DNA of 64,000 nucleotides from Trichoplax adhaerens (GCF_000150275.1 NW_002060952.1:2408866-2472865), one strand, 5' to 3'. Shown: positions 25,137 through 38,665, counted from the first letter of the stretch. A program made the numbers and translations. Notes: a model not told the origin generated them from the sequence alone.

Positions 25137-26039
25137 TCAGTAACAGCAGGGTAAGTCTTGAATTGGTAGCGGCAAAAAGTGCTGCCAAAAGTAATTTCTC
25201 CTGCTAAAATATAGAACCTGCATCCGACTATTTTCTTGCAAAAATTCCATATTACGAAATTGATACCACATCTTGCGCAAGGATTTAGTTTGTCGAAACA
25301 ATAAGGAAAAATCAAGTGTGGATACATTGCATAGCAAACATATAATCTGAAATGCTAGCAATGTACCTAATGCTAGCCATAATGTGACGATAGGGACAAG
25401 AACAATTGCATTTTTACCTAAATTGAAACAAATTGATGCTGGTAAAGCATTGCGATAAGACGTTTGACCTATCATACATCCCATAAATGCTGTAAAAGTC
25501 ATGTAGATCGCAAAAGACATGCCTAACCAGGCGTAACCCAAGAACGATACAAAGTAGTAAAAATTGTTCAAGCCAACGCAATTGACAGTAAAGGGGCAAT
25601 GATGATCCATCATGCAAATACAGCGCTGGCAGACTTTACAATGTCTTGTAGCGCCTACTTTAATTCTATCACACTTTGTACAAACAGGATAATCCGTGTG
25701 AGAACCTAACGTAGCTAAAGGTGCTGTACCAGGATCATGAAAACTTGCATAAGTATAGTGAAAAAATGATACAATGCAAAAATAACTTGCTAAGAAAATA
25801 TGGATCCAACCATTGATGGTCGCGTATGGATTTTCAGCTTTAACGTAAAGGTAGGCTGAAAAGAATAAATACATAAAACCAGAATAGACTGTAACAACGA
25901 GAGAAAATAATAAATACGAGGCATAATCTTGTGTAATTCGTTCTATATTAAGACGAGGAAATAGATTTCGTATAACATCAACCAATAATGGCAGCTGTAA
26001 AATACCAACAGCAATAATAATAATGATAATGATATCCAT
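25137..26039 (-). CDS. DHHC-type protein S-palmitoyltransferase (ZDHHC family), intronless CDS, 300 aa
   Basis: DPG motif, Cys-rich domain CTKC...HCKVCQRCICMMDHHCPFTVNCVG, and several hydrophobic TM segments. Confidence 0.93.
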   Translation of the reverse strand: MDIIIIIIIAVGILQLPLLVDVIRNLFPRLNIERITQDYASYLLFSLVVTVYSGFMYLFFSAYLYVKAENPYATINGWIHIFLASYFCIVSFFHYTYASFHDPGTAPLATLGSHTDYPVCTKCDRIKVGATRHCKVCQRCICMMDHHCPFTVNCVGLNNFYYFVSFLGYAWLGMSFAIYMTFTAFMGCMIGQTSYRNALPASICFNLGKNAIVLVPIVTLWLALGTLLAFQIICLLCNVSTLDFSLLFRQTKSLRKMWYQFRNMEFLQENSRMQVLYFSRRNYFWQHFLPLPIQDLPCCY

Positions 26040-26424
26040 GCTAGCTGTTCATGCCGATAATACTACAACTGTGAGCTTGAACAGGTGTAGCTGGAACCTA
26101 GAAGACTATGATAATGACGAGGATTTAGCAAGCCGAACAGAATTATGATGTCTTTGTATAATGTATATTGGTGGCGATACGTTATGAGATAGGTCATGAA
26201 TCATCAACAGTTGCCATCTTAAATGCCAAAGAAATGAACATTCTGCGTTGAATATTAGCCACTGCAGTTGATGTACGAGTTAATCGAAGAGACTCGAAAT
26301 TGCATGCATGCAGCAGTCAGCAGCTATGTCAGCGTCTATGGCAAAAGTGATGCAGTACAGTATGGATGGACGCACAGACGTACGGTATCGACCTGTGAGG
26401 CTGTGCCTAGGGCTGGTTGGATTA

Positions 26425-26586
26425 TCTGTACTGTACAGTACAGTACTGGTTAGTGTACTGTAGAAGTTCATACTGTAGCGTACTGTACTGTACACAGTGT
26501 ACAGTACAGTACTGTACTGTACTGTACAGTATGTATAAGAAAAACCTTACAGTACAGTACAGTACATGTACACTTATTGTACTGTA
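26425..26586. repeat. TACAG/CTGTA pentamer low-complexity tract in the divergent intergenic region between the ZDHHC and DUF4787-like genes
   Basis: Runs such as gtacagtacagtactgtactgtactgtacagt. Confidence 0.8.
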
Positions 26587-26787
26587 GCGACTTCTACATT
26601 ACCACAGCAACGCTGCCGGATTCCTTTATTTCCTGCTGTTGATTCCCAACATTTGATCATGGACTTTCCAGCACTATCACAGCATGTACCTCAATTGAAA
26701 TACACGAACCCTTTCTCATGATTATATAGGGTATATAGTATACGTATTTTATTGATTTATCGGCAAAAACATATCAATAGAAGCATA

Positions 26788-27659
26788 ATGATTCAAGGCA
26801 GAATTTACATCTGGTTTATTTTACTGTGGATCATTCATTTGGCATTACCAATCCAATTTCAATATCCTTATTATTATTACAAGAAGAGAAGTTATCATGT
26901 AAGTTTTAAATTTTTAAATCTCTAGGACAAATCAATTTAGAAGTAGCAGTAAAATTTTTTATCTTATGTACGGATAAATATACATGTATATATGATGGTG
27001 GTTAAACGTGTCAGTAACTTAACTAACGAAACCTACATGAATTGAATGCATTCGATCCATTTCTAACAGTATCTGTACTTTGCGTTCATTTCATTTAGGA
27101 ACGCCGTTTTTATGAGAAGCAAGAGCTCTGTGCACACTTACCTAACTGTACGGCTTTAGGTGGAATCCTTCAAGACAGATGTATAAGGCAATGCATATCT
27201 CCCAGTTGCTATGGCAGTTTATATGCATGGGATGAGGTACGTAAATTGAGTCTACTAAAGTAACGGTTATAAGAATGATGTTAAAAAACTCAACCTTCTA
27301 CAAATATACCACTACAAAAAGTTATCCTTACCCTGTGCAGCTTCAGAAATATCACTAATGCTAAAATGACCTACTTTAACGTCTATAATCTCGCTGCAAA
27401 TCCCTTGATGCCTGATCATAGTAAAATCGTTGCTTATTGTATTCCTTAACTATATTGTGTTTCAATTTCATGTACAGTAGATAGTAGTATGCATAATTAA
27501 GAGAGAAGAGCTAAATGTCTTGGTATTAAGCTATATACATATTTTATGACGCTATATAAAACAACTTTCTTTTAAATTTTTTTCTCCTAGCTCGAAGAAG
27601 GAGAAATTGATATCAGACTGTCATCATTCAAAGGTTGCTTTGTTCAGGAAGCAAATTAA
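26788..27659 (+). CDS. Small secreted Cys-rich protein, DUF4787-like; exons 26788-26898, 27099-27236, 27591-27659; 105 aa
   Basis: Three phase-0 exons with GTAAGT/GTACGT donors and TAG acceptors give MIQGRIYIWFILLWIIHLALPIQFQYPYYYYKKRSYH|ERRFYEKQELCAHLPNCTALGGILQDRCIRQCISPSCYGSLYAWDE|LEEGEIDIRLSSFKGCFVQEAN*. It has a signal-peptide-like N-terminus, six Cys, and the C..QCISP.CY..LY..D.LEEGE.D motif recalled for DUF4787. Confidence 0.85.
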
Positions 27660-29448
27660 GGTACTAGCGATACCAAGAAATACGCAGATTTAAACATTTA
27701 TTTCTCTATACTATACTATAATGTAACCTACAGTACATTATGTAGTATTTTAAATAATCCTTTGATTAGTATTATTAAGTAAGTACAGTATAGCAGTAGT
27801 CATTCAATGTACTATCACTATCATCATTTTACAATAAAACAGCGTGACATATTTACATGCTATGCCTGTCTGAACTAAGACTTAAAGTTTCTCCTCTTAT
27901 TTACAGTTAATATACTCATATTATAATAGGTTGGTGTATGGTAAAATCCAAAAACATATAAAACGTTTTTCATTTCGAGCTCCGAAACAAGTGTCTATTC
28001 CATTCCTAATTACCTGACTCGATTGTTTACAAGATAGGGATGCTTATTGGACTATTCTGGAGTATTAATACAATTTACTCATATGATAGTACAGTAGTAG
28101 TAAAATGTCAATCATTAAATTAATATTATTTAATTACTGTATTATCGGATATCATATCAGTATTGCAAAGATGTAAATTAAAGGGATAAATTTAACGCAC
28201 TGGACATAGAACCAGTAACACATTAGGACTTAAAAATGTTGAATTTCTTGATTACAATTATTAATGCCTTCGCTAAGTATGATTACGTTAATTTACGTAG
28301 TTTCCTGTACTGTAGATATGTATGTACAATGTATATAGTCCAGTTTTAAACCGGTCAAAACTCTCATCCATTAAGCAATAAATTTAAATTGAACTAAAAT
28401 TGTATATTTATATTATTGTATACAACACGGAAGGGTATATGATTGGTAATCGATTTATAATATTGTCCATTCATTACACCAGCTACCTATCTTTATCACC
28501 TTACGGTAAAACAAGAAAATTTAAGCTCACTTTTCTGTAAAACTTCCTCTACGCAAACTGGAAGGTATACTGCATATAAGTCTTGTAACACTCTCATAAT
28601 ATTAATACCTAATGATACGCACTGCTCTTCCCATTTGCTATACTATCGAGATTACAATATACATATTAAAATAAATTATGTTTGCCTGCTATCAGGAAGA
28701 CAATAAATTATTATTTATAATATATCTGGCATGCTATACTGTAAGTGTATCTTAACCTGTAACAGAGACATACTTTACATTATTAATTAAAGATTCTATC
28801 CGAGTATTCGGTCATAAAAATCTTTAATACGAAGAAAATAGCCCACAAAAGCAAATTTTTGATACAAAGGCCAAATTTTGATTAAGAAAGTATAGAAATC
28901 AAAAGTAGTAATTAAGTACTGTACATCTAGCGTTATACAGAAATGTAATTAATTACAATATATCATGTATCGATAAACAATAAGTCGCTTTAACTAGATA
29001 CTAAGCCATACCACTTTTCGACTATAGCTATCAAAACCTCACAAACTAACCAGTCGATTATAATAACATCAATAATTAATATAATTAATTAATATATTGT
29101 AATGAGTGCGGTAGTATTCTCCACCTTTGAAAAAGAAAAGATTATGCTTCTACTTCGTTTATTGAATAAAATTTGTATTTTATTCTTGCACCGAAAAATT
29201 ACACTAACAATTTTAGGGTTGAAATTATCAGTGCATTCCAAGCTATTCAAGGGTTTCAATCCTCACCCTATACTACATAGTTCGCACTTGAGGTTCAACG
29301 TTGTTAAAAAATTGACTGAATACATTGCTTATAATTTGAATAAGTCTTCAAGTTATGAACAATTCTAAAGATGAAGATTGCTCATCTTAAGATTGCACGA
29401 GCAACTAGTACATTTTACAGTACATAAATTTATTATTAGAGAAATACT

Positions 29449-32400
29449 CTACTTTATCTTAGCCCTTTTACTTAGTCCACTTTCATTAGCAACAACTTTT
29501 CCACTGACAATTTTCTTTTTTGCTTGAGGTTGCTTTCTAGATTGAACTTGTTCATGCCGTGTAACAGTTGAGACGCCATCTACAAATTTTGTTTTAAACA
29601 AGACGTTCGCGTTATTAAACATTCCATCTTTCAAAGAAACAACTATAAATTGTGAGTGCTTGAAATGTGTGCGTAACATTTGTCCTATATTTTGGGTATG
29701 AGAAAGATCTAATGCAGCATCAACTTCATCCAATATATAAATAGGTGCAGGCTTAAATAGCAGTAGAGATAATATCAATGATAGCGCCACCAGTGATCTA
29801 TGCAAAGCCAATTTATAGGTCATATTTTAGTGACAGCTCTAATGCACGTTTCTATATACAGTACAGTATATCTAATTCATAAAATAATACCTTTGACCTC
29901 CACTAAGCTCCGACAAGCTTTCTTTCCAAACTTGACCAAATCCTACTTTGACTTCGAGTCCATCAAATATAGTCTGATTCTCTGGCGCTGAAAGTTTTGC
30001 CGTTGCTCCCGGTAGGAGAGTCGAAAAAATCGATGAAAAATCCTAATATATCAATTAAATAATTCACGATTACCATCAAAATTCATCACTATCAGATTAT
30101 TCCAACGACACAATAATACCGCACCTTCGTTACTTGCGCAAAGGCTACAGACAAATGTTCCTTCTTCTTTTTGTCAAGTTCAAGTATGGTAGATTCAATT
30201 TTTTTCTTATCATTTTCCACAATTTTCTTTTTCTTCATCAGGTCATTATACTTTTATATAAATTGATTTTGAGTAGTTAAAATGTAAAAGTACTTGATTA
30301 GATATCACATATCGCGAACGAGTAGCAGATGAAGTAATCTCTTACTTTTTCTTCGACTTTTCCCAACATGTTCATAGCTCTCATATTAACAGTTTTCGAT
30401 AATTTTTCTTTAGTTTCTTCGAGTTTTAGCAATCTTTTCGATGCTTCTTTCGGGTTATTGGCTTTGAAGTCATAAGCTGTATTCGGCTGACCGAAGAATT
30501 GCTTTTCGGTGGCAATCCAGTCATTTTCTGCAATCATACTTGCCACCTATTAAATACGGTAATATTCACAAATTAAGTCGAAAATTCACCTACATCAATC
30601 AATGTAGTACAGTATCGAAATATTACATAAAAAGTCTGCTAGTTACTACGTACCTTCTGTGCAGCATCTTTACTATCCTTACTCAACTTTGAGAGCTGAT
30701 GCATTTGATCTTTCATTTCTAAGCAAGAATCTGCCTTAGCCTTAGCAAGGCTTTGCCGTTCGCTGACATGCTTCGAGATTTCCTAATTACAGATGAGCTA
30801 GGGTTTAATTAAAATAATTACTAAAAAAAATAAGCAGATATCTATACCTTGTTGCATGCTCTCAAAGAAGTACGTTGGCTTTCAAGTTCTCCTTTAGCAT
30901 TCTCATAATCAGCCTAAAGAAATAGTGAACCGCAAGGTATTACTCTTATTGCTTTCTGCAACAAATTGAATATCTATATGCCTATACGGGTAGTACCTTT
31001 GCTTTTGCTAAGGTTTCATCTAATGATTTGACTTTGTCTTCCATAGTAGCGGCATTCTTAGACGCATTCAGAATCTAAGATCCAGTATCATATTAAATAG
31101 ACTAGTTTATTGGCAGAATACCGAAATAGCAATTCTATGCTACAGTATATACCTGTTCATCTAAGTTAGCAATTTCTTGCGTAATCGCCGCCGCTTCGAG
31201 CTTTAAAGCTTCTATCTCCTATTTCGGTAGTTAATATAAAGACGTCACTCCTCCGTGCCATATATTCATCGTAATGACTTTAGAGTAACTTAATATACGA
31301 ATTAATACCTGAAATTTAAGCTTTGTTTGTTTAGTAGATTCTTCTGATTTTGCTTTGGCGGCAGTTAATTTCTTTTCAGCAGATTTTAACTCTTTTTCAC
31401 GAAGTGATTTAGCGTCCTTGCCATTACAAGTATTAAAATAAACATCAATTATATTATATTATGATTTGGTTTTTGGGCACTGAGTAGTTGCTTAAAATTC
31501 TTTTACCTTCATTTTCTTTTCAATTGTGGTACATTTATTAGATGCATTTTTTATCGTTTCTTTTGCAGCTTTCATCTTATCTTTTTGTTCATCTATAGTG
31601 GAGAAAGGAATTTAAAAGATACCGTTTAAATACAGACTAACTATTTTACTGATTAATTATTATCATTGATTGTATACCAATGGCCTTTTGGAGGCTGGTA
31701 ATCTCTTCTAAGAGCTGGTAGTGTGAACTTTGCTCCAAACTATTTTGGAGCAGGCTGGCCTCTTTTTCTGCGAGTCCAAGTTGACGAGAAACCTTTTTGT
31801 GCCTAGACGGCGTGTAAATAAAACAATGTAATTAAATAGCAAGATGTTGAAAGCGACGAAGTTAAGACAACTTACTCTTCCGCGATCTTTTCAATTGATG
31901 CTAATTGAGAAGCTACTTTCGTCAATTCATTAGATTTTTGTTGTAATTCCTGCTTTAAATCATTTATTTCGCTAAGCTTAGCTAAAATAGAGGAAGATGG
32001 CGGAGGTCTCGAACCTACGTTAAATGACACCTAATTTAGTAGCTAGTCTTTATTGCGAAACAACAAAATTATCGCAAAGTATTGGTAGTTACCTCCGGTT
32101 AATGTTCCTGAAGGGTTTAAGATATCCCCTTCTAAGGTTACTGTTCGCTTCTTAACATCTTCATTAAAAGTAACCTTAACAGTAAAGGTATGAAGTTAGT
32201 TAATCATACTGCTGCAAAATAACCGAAAAGGGTATTGAAATACACATATGTCCTAATTACAACTTACGATTTTAGCGTTGTCGATGTTATTACACACTAG
32301 TGTAGACCCAAAGATGAAGGACATAGCAGCTTCCAGTTCATTATCGTATCCGACCAATGAAAGGGCAGTATGGACATTTTCCTTACCAACCTTAATTCAA

Positions 32401-35400
32401 TAATTATAAAATTATCATCATTACTTACATGATAAATAAATTTATATAAAGCCGATTTCTTCTCATATAATCAGACTTTACAATAAAGACTTACCAAGCG
32501 CCTAGCTGCAGCTACAGTTTTTTCTGAAATACTAGATGAAGCAATCTGATTTAACGGGATGATGGTAAAACGCCGTTTTAATTGACCATTCTTCAATAGT
32601 TGTTTGCCAGTCTCTTCGGTATCTACGACTACACTGTATAACTAAAGAGTAGAGATTATCGTTAGAGTACTCGCTAAAATTGTTAAATAGCAAAACAATT
32701 CTTAGCTCAGTATTCATATTAATAATAAATTACCTTATTTCCTGCAGTTACTTCAAGGGCAGTTGCTGTAGATACGTCTTTGACTGTAACCAAGCCAGCT
32801 ACGAGTCCACGTACCTATCGAGGATTAAATCAATAATTTAGTAAAGAACTTTTAACAATTATAAGTGAGGTTTTTTACCTTCTTACGATCGAATTTTGGT
32901 GTAGGATTTTTATATTCGAAATTCATGTTTGGAAATCTACATATAGGATAGTAAATAAATTTACAATATAAAGATATCTAAACACACAGAGAAGATGGCA
33001 AAAAGCTCTATTAAAGGCAGTTACTTGGCTTCCAGTGTTTCTGTTGTGGTTGTAAGAGTTGAAATTTTCTCTTTTAGTTCGTTCCTTAATTATTTGTCAT
33101 ACAAGATTAGTAATCATTTTTATAAAAATTTGATCTCATCAAATATTCATGTTAAACTAAAGAATCACTTTTTTTGGCGTAGCTGATTTTCCTTTTCCTC
33201 TTCATAATTTAGTTGATTGATTTTATCCTACAAGAAATGTAATTTTGTTCGATACTTAGAATGATACTCGCCTTAAATTTCATGTAATATGATAAAAACA
33301 CTTGTGCCTTAATTTACCATAACCGTTTCTGATATGAATGTTTATAGCTATTATTACCTTTAGCTGTTCAATTCGTTTCATAGCACTATCTAATGCTTTT
33401 TTATCCTCTTTATACTTTTTTTCTGTCCCTTGTGATTCTTTTTGCTTGTTCTTAATTTCCCCTTGGTCATGTTTTAATCTAAAAATATATAATGTAATTA
33501 TTAATAGCCCTGCAATCTGTTGAATTCATGGCGAAATTTCAATCTCTTACTTCATTTCGGCTTGTTTAATCTCTGTTTCCGCTGTACTGATATCTTTCTT
33601 AGCGGCTAATATAAAAAAATAATGACAATGCTTTATAATTAATCAATGGCTTTTAAGACACTGAATTGGTATCATTGTTGATAACAGTTGTTATGCTTAA
33701 TTTATGGCGTACTCATTAACTGATCAGCTAATGTCTTGTCTTCGCCGTTATCATCCTCGGATAATCCAGCAGAAACCGCTTGAAAATGTTTTTGACTAGC
33801 AGCAAAAGTGTCTGCATCGCTTTGACTCTTTTCTTGCAACTTTGTAAAGTCAATTTGATACTGTTCAATTTCATTTTTTTTCTCCTTCAGTAAAGTAGCT
33901 TCATTACTACGAGCTTTTTCTATTTCTTTAACTTGCTTTTTTTCTGCTTGCAACGATTTTACAGCATGCTCTGCCACAGACGAAACTTTAACATGTTCCT
34001 TCGATAGAGCATCTACCTGCTGTTCTAAGGCTTTGATAGATTTATTGGACATTTCATTATCTCTCTTTTTCTCTAATTCAGCTATGGCAGCATCACACTT
34101 TTCCAAATCACTATCGATTTGATTCAATTTTTCCTTTAAGGCTTCAATGCAAGCATTTAATGATTCGAATTTTTCAGCAGCATTTTCTTTTAATTCTTCA
34201 GCACAAATAAAATTGTAAGCAACACATAACTTTGTTAAATGTTCTATTTCACGGGTAATTTTTTGATATTCTAAATAAGATGATCGTTCTTGTTTAAGTT
34301 TATTCAATGTTGGTGTAATTTCATCGTTGAGAATATTGCTGATTTCGACTAATTTGCTCTCTTTCTTTTCTATCGTCCGTTGAGCTGAAGCTTTCTTGCT
34401 TTCATACATTCTTGTACCCGCGGCTTCTTCGATCATTGCCAATATCTGTCAAGGAATAGATACAGTTAAAAAGAGTTATTGGACACTATTGCACTGCGGC
34501 TCAAGAATCTTCTAGAAAATAGAGAGGCCAAATTTAGGTGAGAGTAAGATTACTATAATGTATTACACTGCTAGACCAAATTCCGAACTGTTTCGCTACT
34601 CTAGTTAAAGTTTTATTAGAATACGTGATACGAACACAATCATTAATATCCACGTTTGTATGCCTTTACCTCTGGTGGTTTCATATTTAAAACCTTTGTA
34701 ATTCTGCCTTGCATGATGAGAAAATGTGGATTGTTGACATTTAACTGGACAGAACGAAATAAATCTTGCACACGAGTATTATTAGCATTGACACCGTTGA
34801 TCAAATATTTATTGCGACCACCGATGACGACCTGCCTAGTAACGGTAATTTCATCGTGTGTCTCATAGCCTAATGGACTCTGTTTTTTATCCTGATTATC
34901 AAATGTAATTGTCACAGTTGCTTTCGTAACGCCTGCTTGGCCACTCTTATATACTAAATCTTGCAAGCTACCAGCGCGAACCTTAAAGCGAGTGATAGAG
35001 AAAAAATTTGAATTTTAAAAATATTACAACGGCAATCATTAGAGAGTACTATTTTCTACAATTACTATCATTGTGCTATTAAGTTTGCTACATGACTTGC
35101 AATAAAGCTACTTCACGTTAAGTACTGTATGATGCCTATGCTATTTGCTAGCCCTTTCTGATTTATTAAGTTGGCTATAAGACTTGTGAATCAAGTTATT
35201 CCACGTTCATTATGATAGTTATGTTACTTGGTAGCATGTTAGGGAGGTTAGAATTTATCATAAGGTATGATTTCTATTGCGCTTAAAATTGGCTATACTG
35301 CGTGACTTATACAACAAGTCATTGATAATAAGTATGATGTGTATGTTTACTTGGTAGCATGTAAAGGAGACAAGGATAAGATATGTATGTGCATCATTTC

Positions 35401-35871
35401 ATTTCATCAACAGGACATATTTACAAGATGACTGAGGTGTATGAAAAGAATCCATAGTAAGATATGATCTTCATGTTAAGACAGGTAATATTCCGATGTG
35501 ACAGCTGCATCATTGGATTGATATACGTCTATTTACTATCCAGTCAATATTTTTGTAGTCAAAAATACGGTATGCTATTAGTTCGTCACGAGAGCGACTA
35601 CCTTAGGATACTATACAAGTATTGCTCGTCCATTTTGGCGGACATTGAATCGTACTGGTTATAATTAGCTATTCGAAATTAAGGATAGCGATTTAAGACT
35701 TACTTGCTGTAAGTTTGAAATGCCCAAGACAAAACAAATAGAATCCAAGATATTGGATTTCCCACTGCCATTTAAACCGGTAATGGCATTAAATAAAGGA
35801 TCGAAATTATTGACTTCAGTTCGCTGAGCGTACGATTTGAAACCATCAATCACAACTTGCTTGATATGCAT
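29449..35871 (-). CDS. SMC2: Structural maintenance of chromosomes protein 2 (condensin ATPase), about 24 exons
   Basis: First coding exon 35871-35704 has Walker A GLNGSGKS. Exon 34981-34670 has the Q-loop [12 protein letters not shown]. Coiled-coil exons follow, then hinge [18 protein letters not shown] (~32170-32000), signature LSGGQR (exon 30042-29891), and Walker B/D-loop [13 protein letters not shown] in the last exon 29797-29449. Introns are short GT-AG. Confidence 0.97.
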
Positions 35872-36704
35872 GGTAACTTCCTATCCATTTTTTGATGTAT
35901 TTAGGCGTTGTTAGGATTATTTTCAATGATTCATGGTAAACAACAGATTTAGCTTAAAAGTGTCATCCATATCATTTTATTTTACCTTTTTCTCGATGAT
36001 ATCCTATTGAAAATGGAGATTGTTCTTGGAGGCAATAAAATCACTCTTCTTGTGTTCAAACCTATTTAAAAAATAGACAATTGGCATAAAATAATTTGAA
36101 TTGGTTATTCCATGTCCAGATTTTTGGATTGGAAAGCATTAAGAAATAGAAATGATGACACAACAACGACTGCATCTCAGGCTCTTTCTACTGTGCATTA
36201 TTCTCGATCATGTCCATTTCAAACTAGTTCAAACTGCGATCATCGTAAGCAGCGAATCGTTTCAATTTGACATCCACGGATGAAGAATTGATGGATACCT
36301 TGTAACTTGTATTAATAGTGACGAGTAATAGAGGATTTGCAATAGTTCCTAGGTTACGATGAAGGAAGAAATGAGAAAACTTTCCCTCTTGACGATGGAT
36401 GATGGCTGTATATGGTCAGTATGGATGCGATGGGTTTGCAGCTTTGTGTTTTTAAACTAGCGGTCGGTTGATTTGGCAGTTAACGGCCAGCGGTAAGGTC
36501 GACTCGAGTACAACACATTGCAGCCAGTCCAATACTAAACCCTATATGTTATTGTACAATCCAGTAGCACTCGTGTTTACCGTACACTTGTACCAGATCG
36601 TAGTATCCTATTGTGACTGTATGCTGGGCATAATCAAGCGCGTTTAGCCCATTTGAAAAATTGGCATAATACAGTAGACAATTTGAATGAATTTCTTGTT
36701 TACG

Positions 36705-37250
36705 ACAGTTTTTTATATCGATTTAGGGCTTGATGCATTGGCAATGATGATGATGATGATTAGAGACCGTAATGATCATCATCCGTCATATAGAATCAAT
36801 TCAACATGGATGATTTTGAAATGCTTGTATAGAGACACAGTATTTTATATCGATTTAGGTAGGGCTTGGTGCATGGGCAATGATGATGATGATGATTAGA
36901 GACCGTAATGATCATCATCCGTCATATAGAATCAATCCAACATGGATGATTTTGAAATGCTTGTATAGAGACACAGTATTTTATATCGATTTAGGTAGGG
37001 CTTGGTGCATGGGCAATGATGATGATGATGATTAGAGACCGTAATGATCATCATCCGTCATATAAAATCAACCCAACATGGATGATTTTGAAAAGCTTGT
37101 ATAGAGACACAGTATTTTATATCGATTTAGGGCTTGGTGCATTGGCAATGATGATGATGATGATTAGAGAGAGACCCTAATGATCATCATCCGTCATTTA
37201 TTAAAATCAATCCAACATGGATGATTTTGAAATGCTTGTATAGAGACACA
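36705..37250. repeat. Young tandem repeat of ~131-136 bp, 4 near-identical copies with an internal (ATG)n run
   Basis: ttttatatcgatttag(gtag)ggcttggtgcat.ggcaatgatgatgatg...ttagagaccgtaatgatcatcatccgtc...gtatagagacaca repeated four times. Confidence 0.95.
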
Positions 37251-37433
37251 TTGTAGAGTGAGTGTCCGTAGTCGCCATGGAATAGGTCAGATTTGACCCA
37301 CTTCAATCAGTAGTGTCTATGTTACGGCTAATGCCGAAATTCGGTTATTATACTGCTTGCAATAGCCATCAGCAACTGGTAGTCAAGAAATTAAAGACTC
37401 TTGGTGCTGATCATTCACGAAACGAATATCGCT

Positions 37434-38103
37434 TCGATCGATGGTGCTCTGTTTTCTTTTTGAAACAGTTAACTGTCAAAACGTTCTAGATATTCAAATT
37501 TACGCGCGCAGTCGCACGCCCAGTACAGTATTTTTGGCTACAGTACAGAGCGTATTGTACTGTACGCCTGCGAGTAACGACGCACTCTCTTTCCGTTCAG
37601 TTCAGTGATCTAGTACTGTACTTAGTACTAGTAACTAGTAGACTAGTACTAGTCGGTAGTCGGTACCTTTTTTACATACGATTGCAGACCATCGAGATAC
37701 AGCACAATATAGTATAAGAAAAAATCTCTATGATCTGCAGTAAGGTATCGATCGATGGTGCTCTGTTTTCTTTTGGAAACAGTTAACTATCAAACATTCT
37801 ACACATTCAAATTTACGCGCTCAGTCGTACGCCCAGTACAGTATTTTTGGCTACAGTACAGAGCGTATTGTACTGTACGCCTGCCAGTAACGACGCACTC
37901 TCTTTCCATTCTGTTCAGTAATCTACTAGTACTAGTACTAGTACTTAGTAGTACAGTACTAGTACTAGTACTAGTAGACTTAGTTACTAGAGTACTAGTA
38001 CTGGGTAGTTCGGTACCTTTTTTACATACGACAGCAGACCATCGAGAATTAGAGATACAGTACAATATACAGTAGTATAAGAAAAACCTTTATGATCTGC
38101 AGT
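37434..38103. repeat. Direct tandem duplication (37434-37742 and 37748-38103) containing (TAGTAC)n and a CDE/CHR-like element
   Basis: tcgatcgatggtgctctgttttc...cccagtacagtatttttggctacagtacagagcg...tatgatctgcagta occurs twice. The second copy has an expanded actagt run. Confidence 0.92.
37493..37509 (-). promoter_or_regulatory. CDE/CHR-like (DREAM/MuvB) element oriented toward SMC2; second copy at 37806-37820
   Basis: The minus strand reads GCGCGCG-TAAA-TTTGAA: a GC-rich CDE, a 4-nt spacer and a perfect CHR. Confidence 0.5.
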
Positions 38104-38221
38104 ACTGTAAATACTGTACAGTGTTGCAGTTCAACTCTTTCTCTTTCGTTTGATAAAAAATTTATTGAAGAAACTTTCAAATTTTGATACATTTGCTTTC
38201 ACCAAAATCATCGAAATTAGC

Positions 38222-38425
38222 CTGTACTGTACACTGTGCACTGTACTGTACTGTACTGTACACTGTACAGTACAGTAGTCTATAATTACAGTACAAACTG
38301 GAAGAGTGAGAATGCTTTGTACTGTATTGTACACTGTACACTGTACAGTACAGTATAGTACAGTACAGTGCACAGTGGACAGTACAGTATTGTACTGTAA
38401 AATACTGTACTGTACACTGTACTGC
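38222..38425. repeat. TACAG/CTGTA(CA) low-complexity quasi-palindromic tract
   Basis: ctgtactgtacactgtgcactgtactgtactgtactgtacactgtacagtacagt and similar runs. Confidence 0.85.
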
Positions 38426-38665
38426 CCTACGAGTCATCTCTAATAGCAACTGCAGCAACTGCTGCGAACGCTCAATTTCAACTGGCAGTATTGCCGCATC
38501 AAATGTGGATGGACTCGATTAAATGCGCCAATTGGAAATCTCATTGAAGTATTTCCATGGACTACCGTAGGAGTACGAGAGTCACTGACTACGGAAATGA
38601 AATTGGCGAATAGCATTTATCATAACAAGTACAGTACTTTTGTACAGCATACAGTAAAGAGTACA

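Noticed and set aside
36705-37250. Regularly spaced repeat as a possible CRISPR array
   Set aside because: The units are head-to-tail with no unique spacers, there are no cas genes, and the context is eukaryotic.
37755-38458. ORFs rich in VLVL, STST or CTVQY
   Set aside because: They are translations of TAGTAC and TACAG low-complexity tracts.
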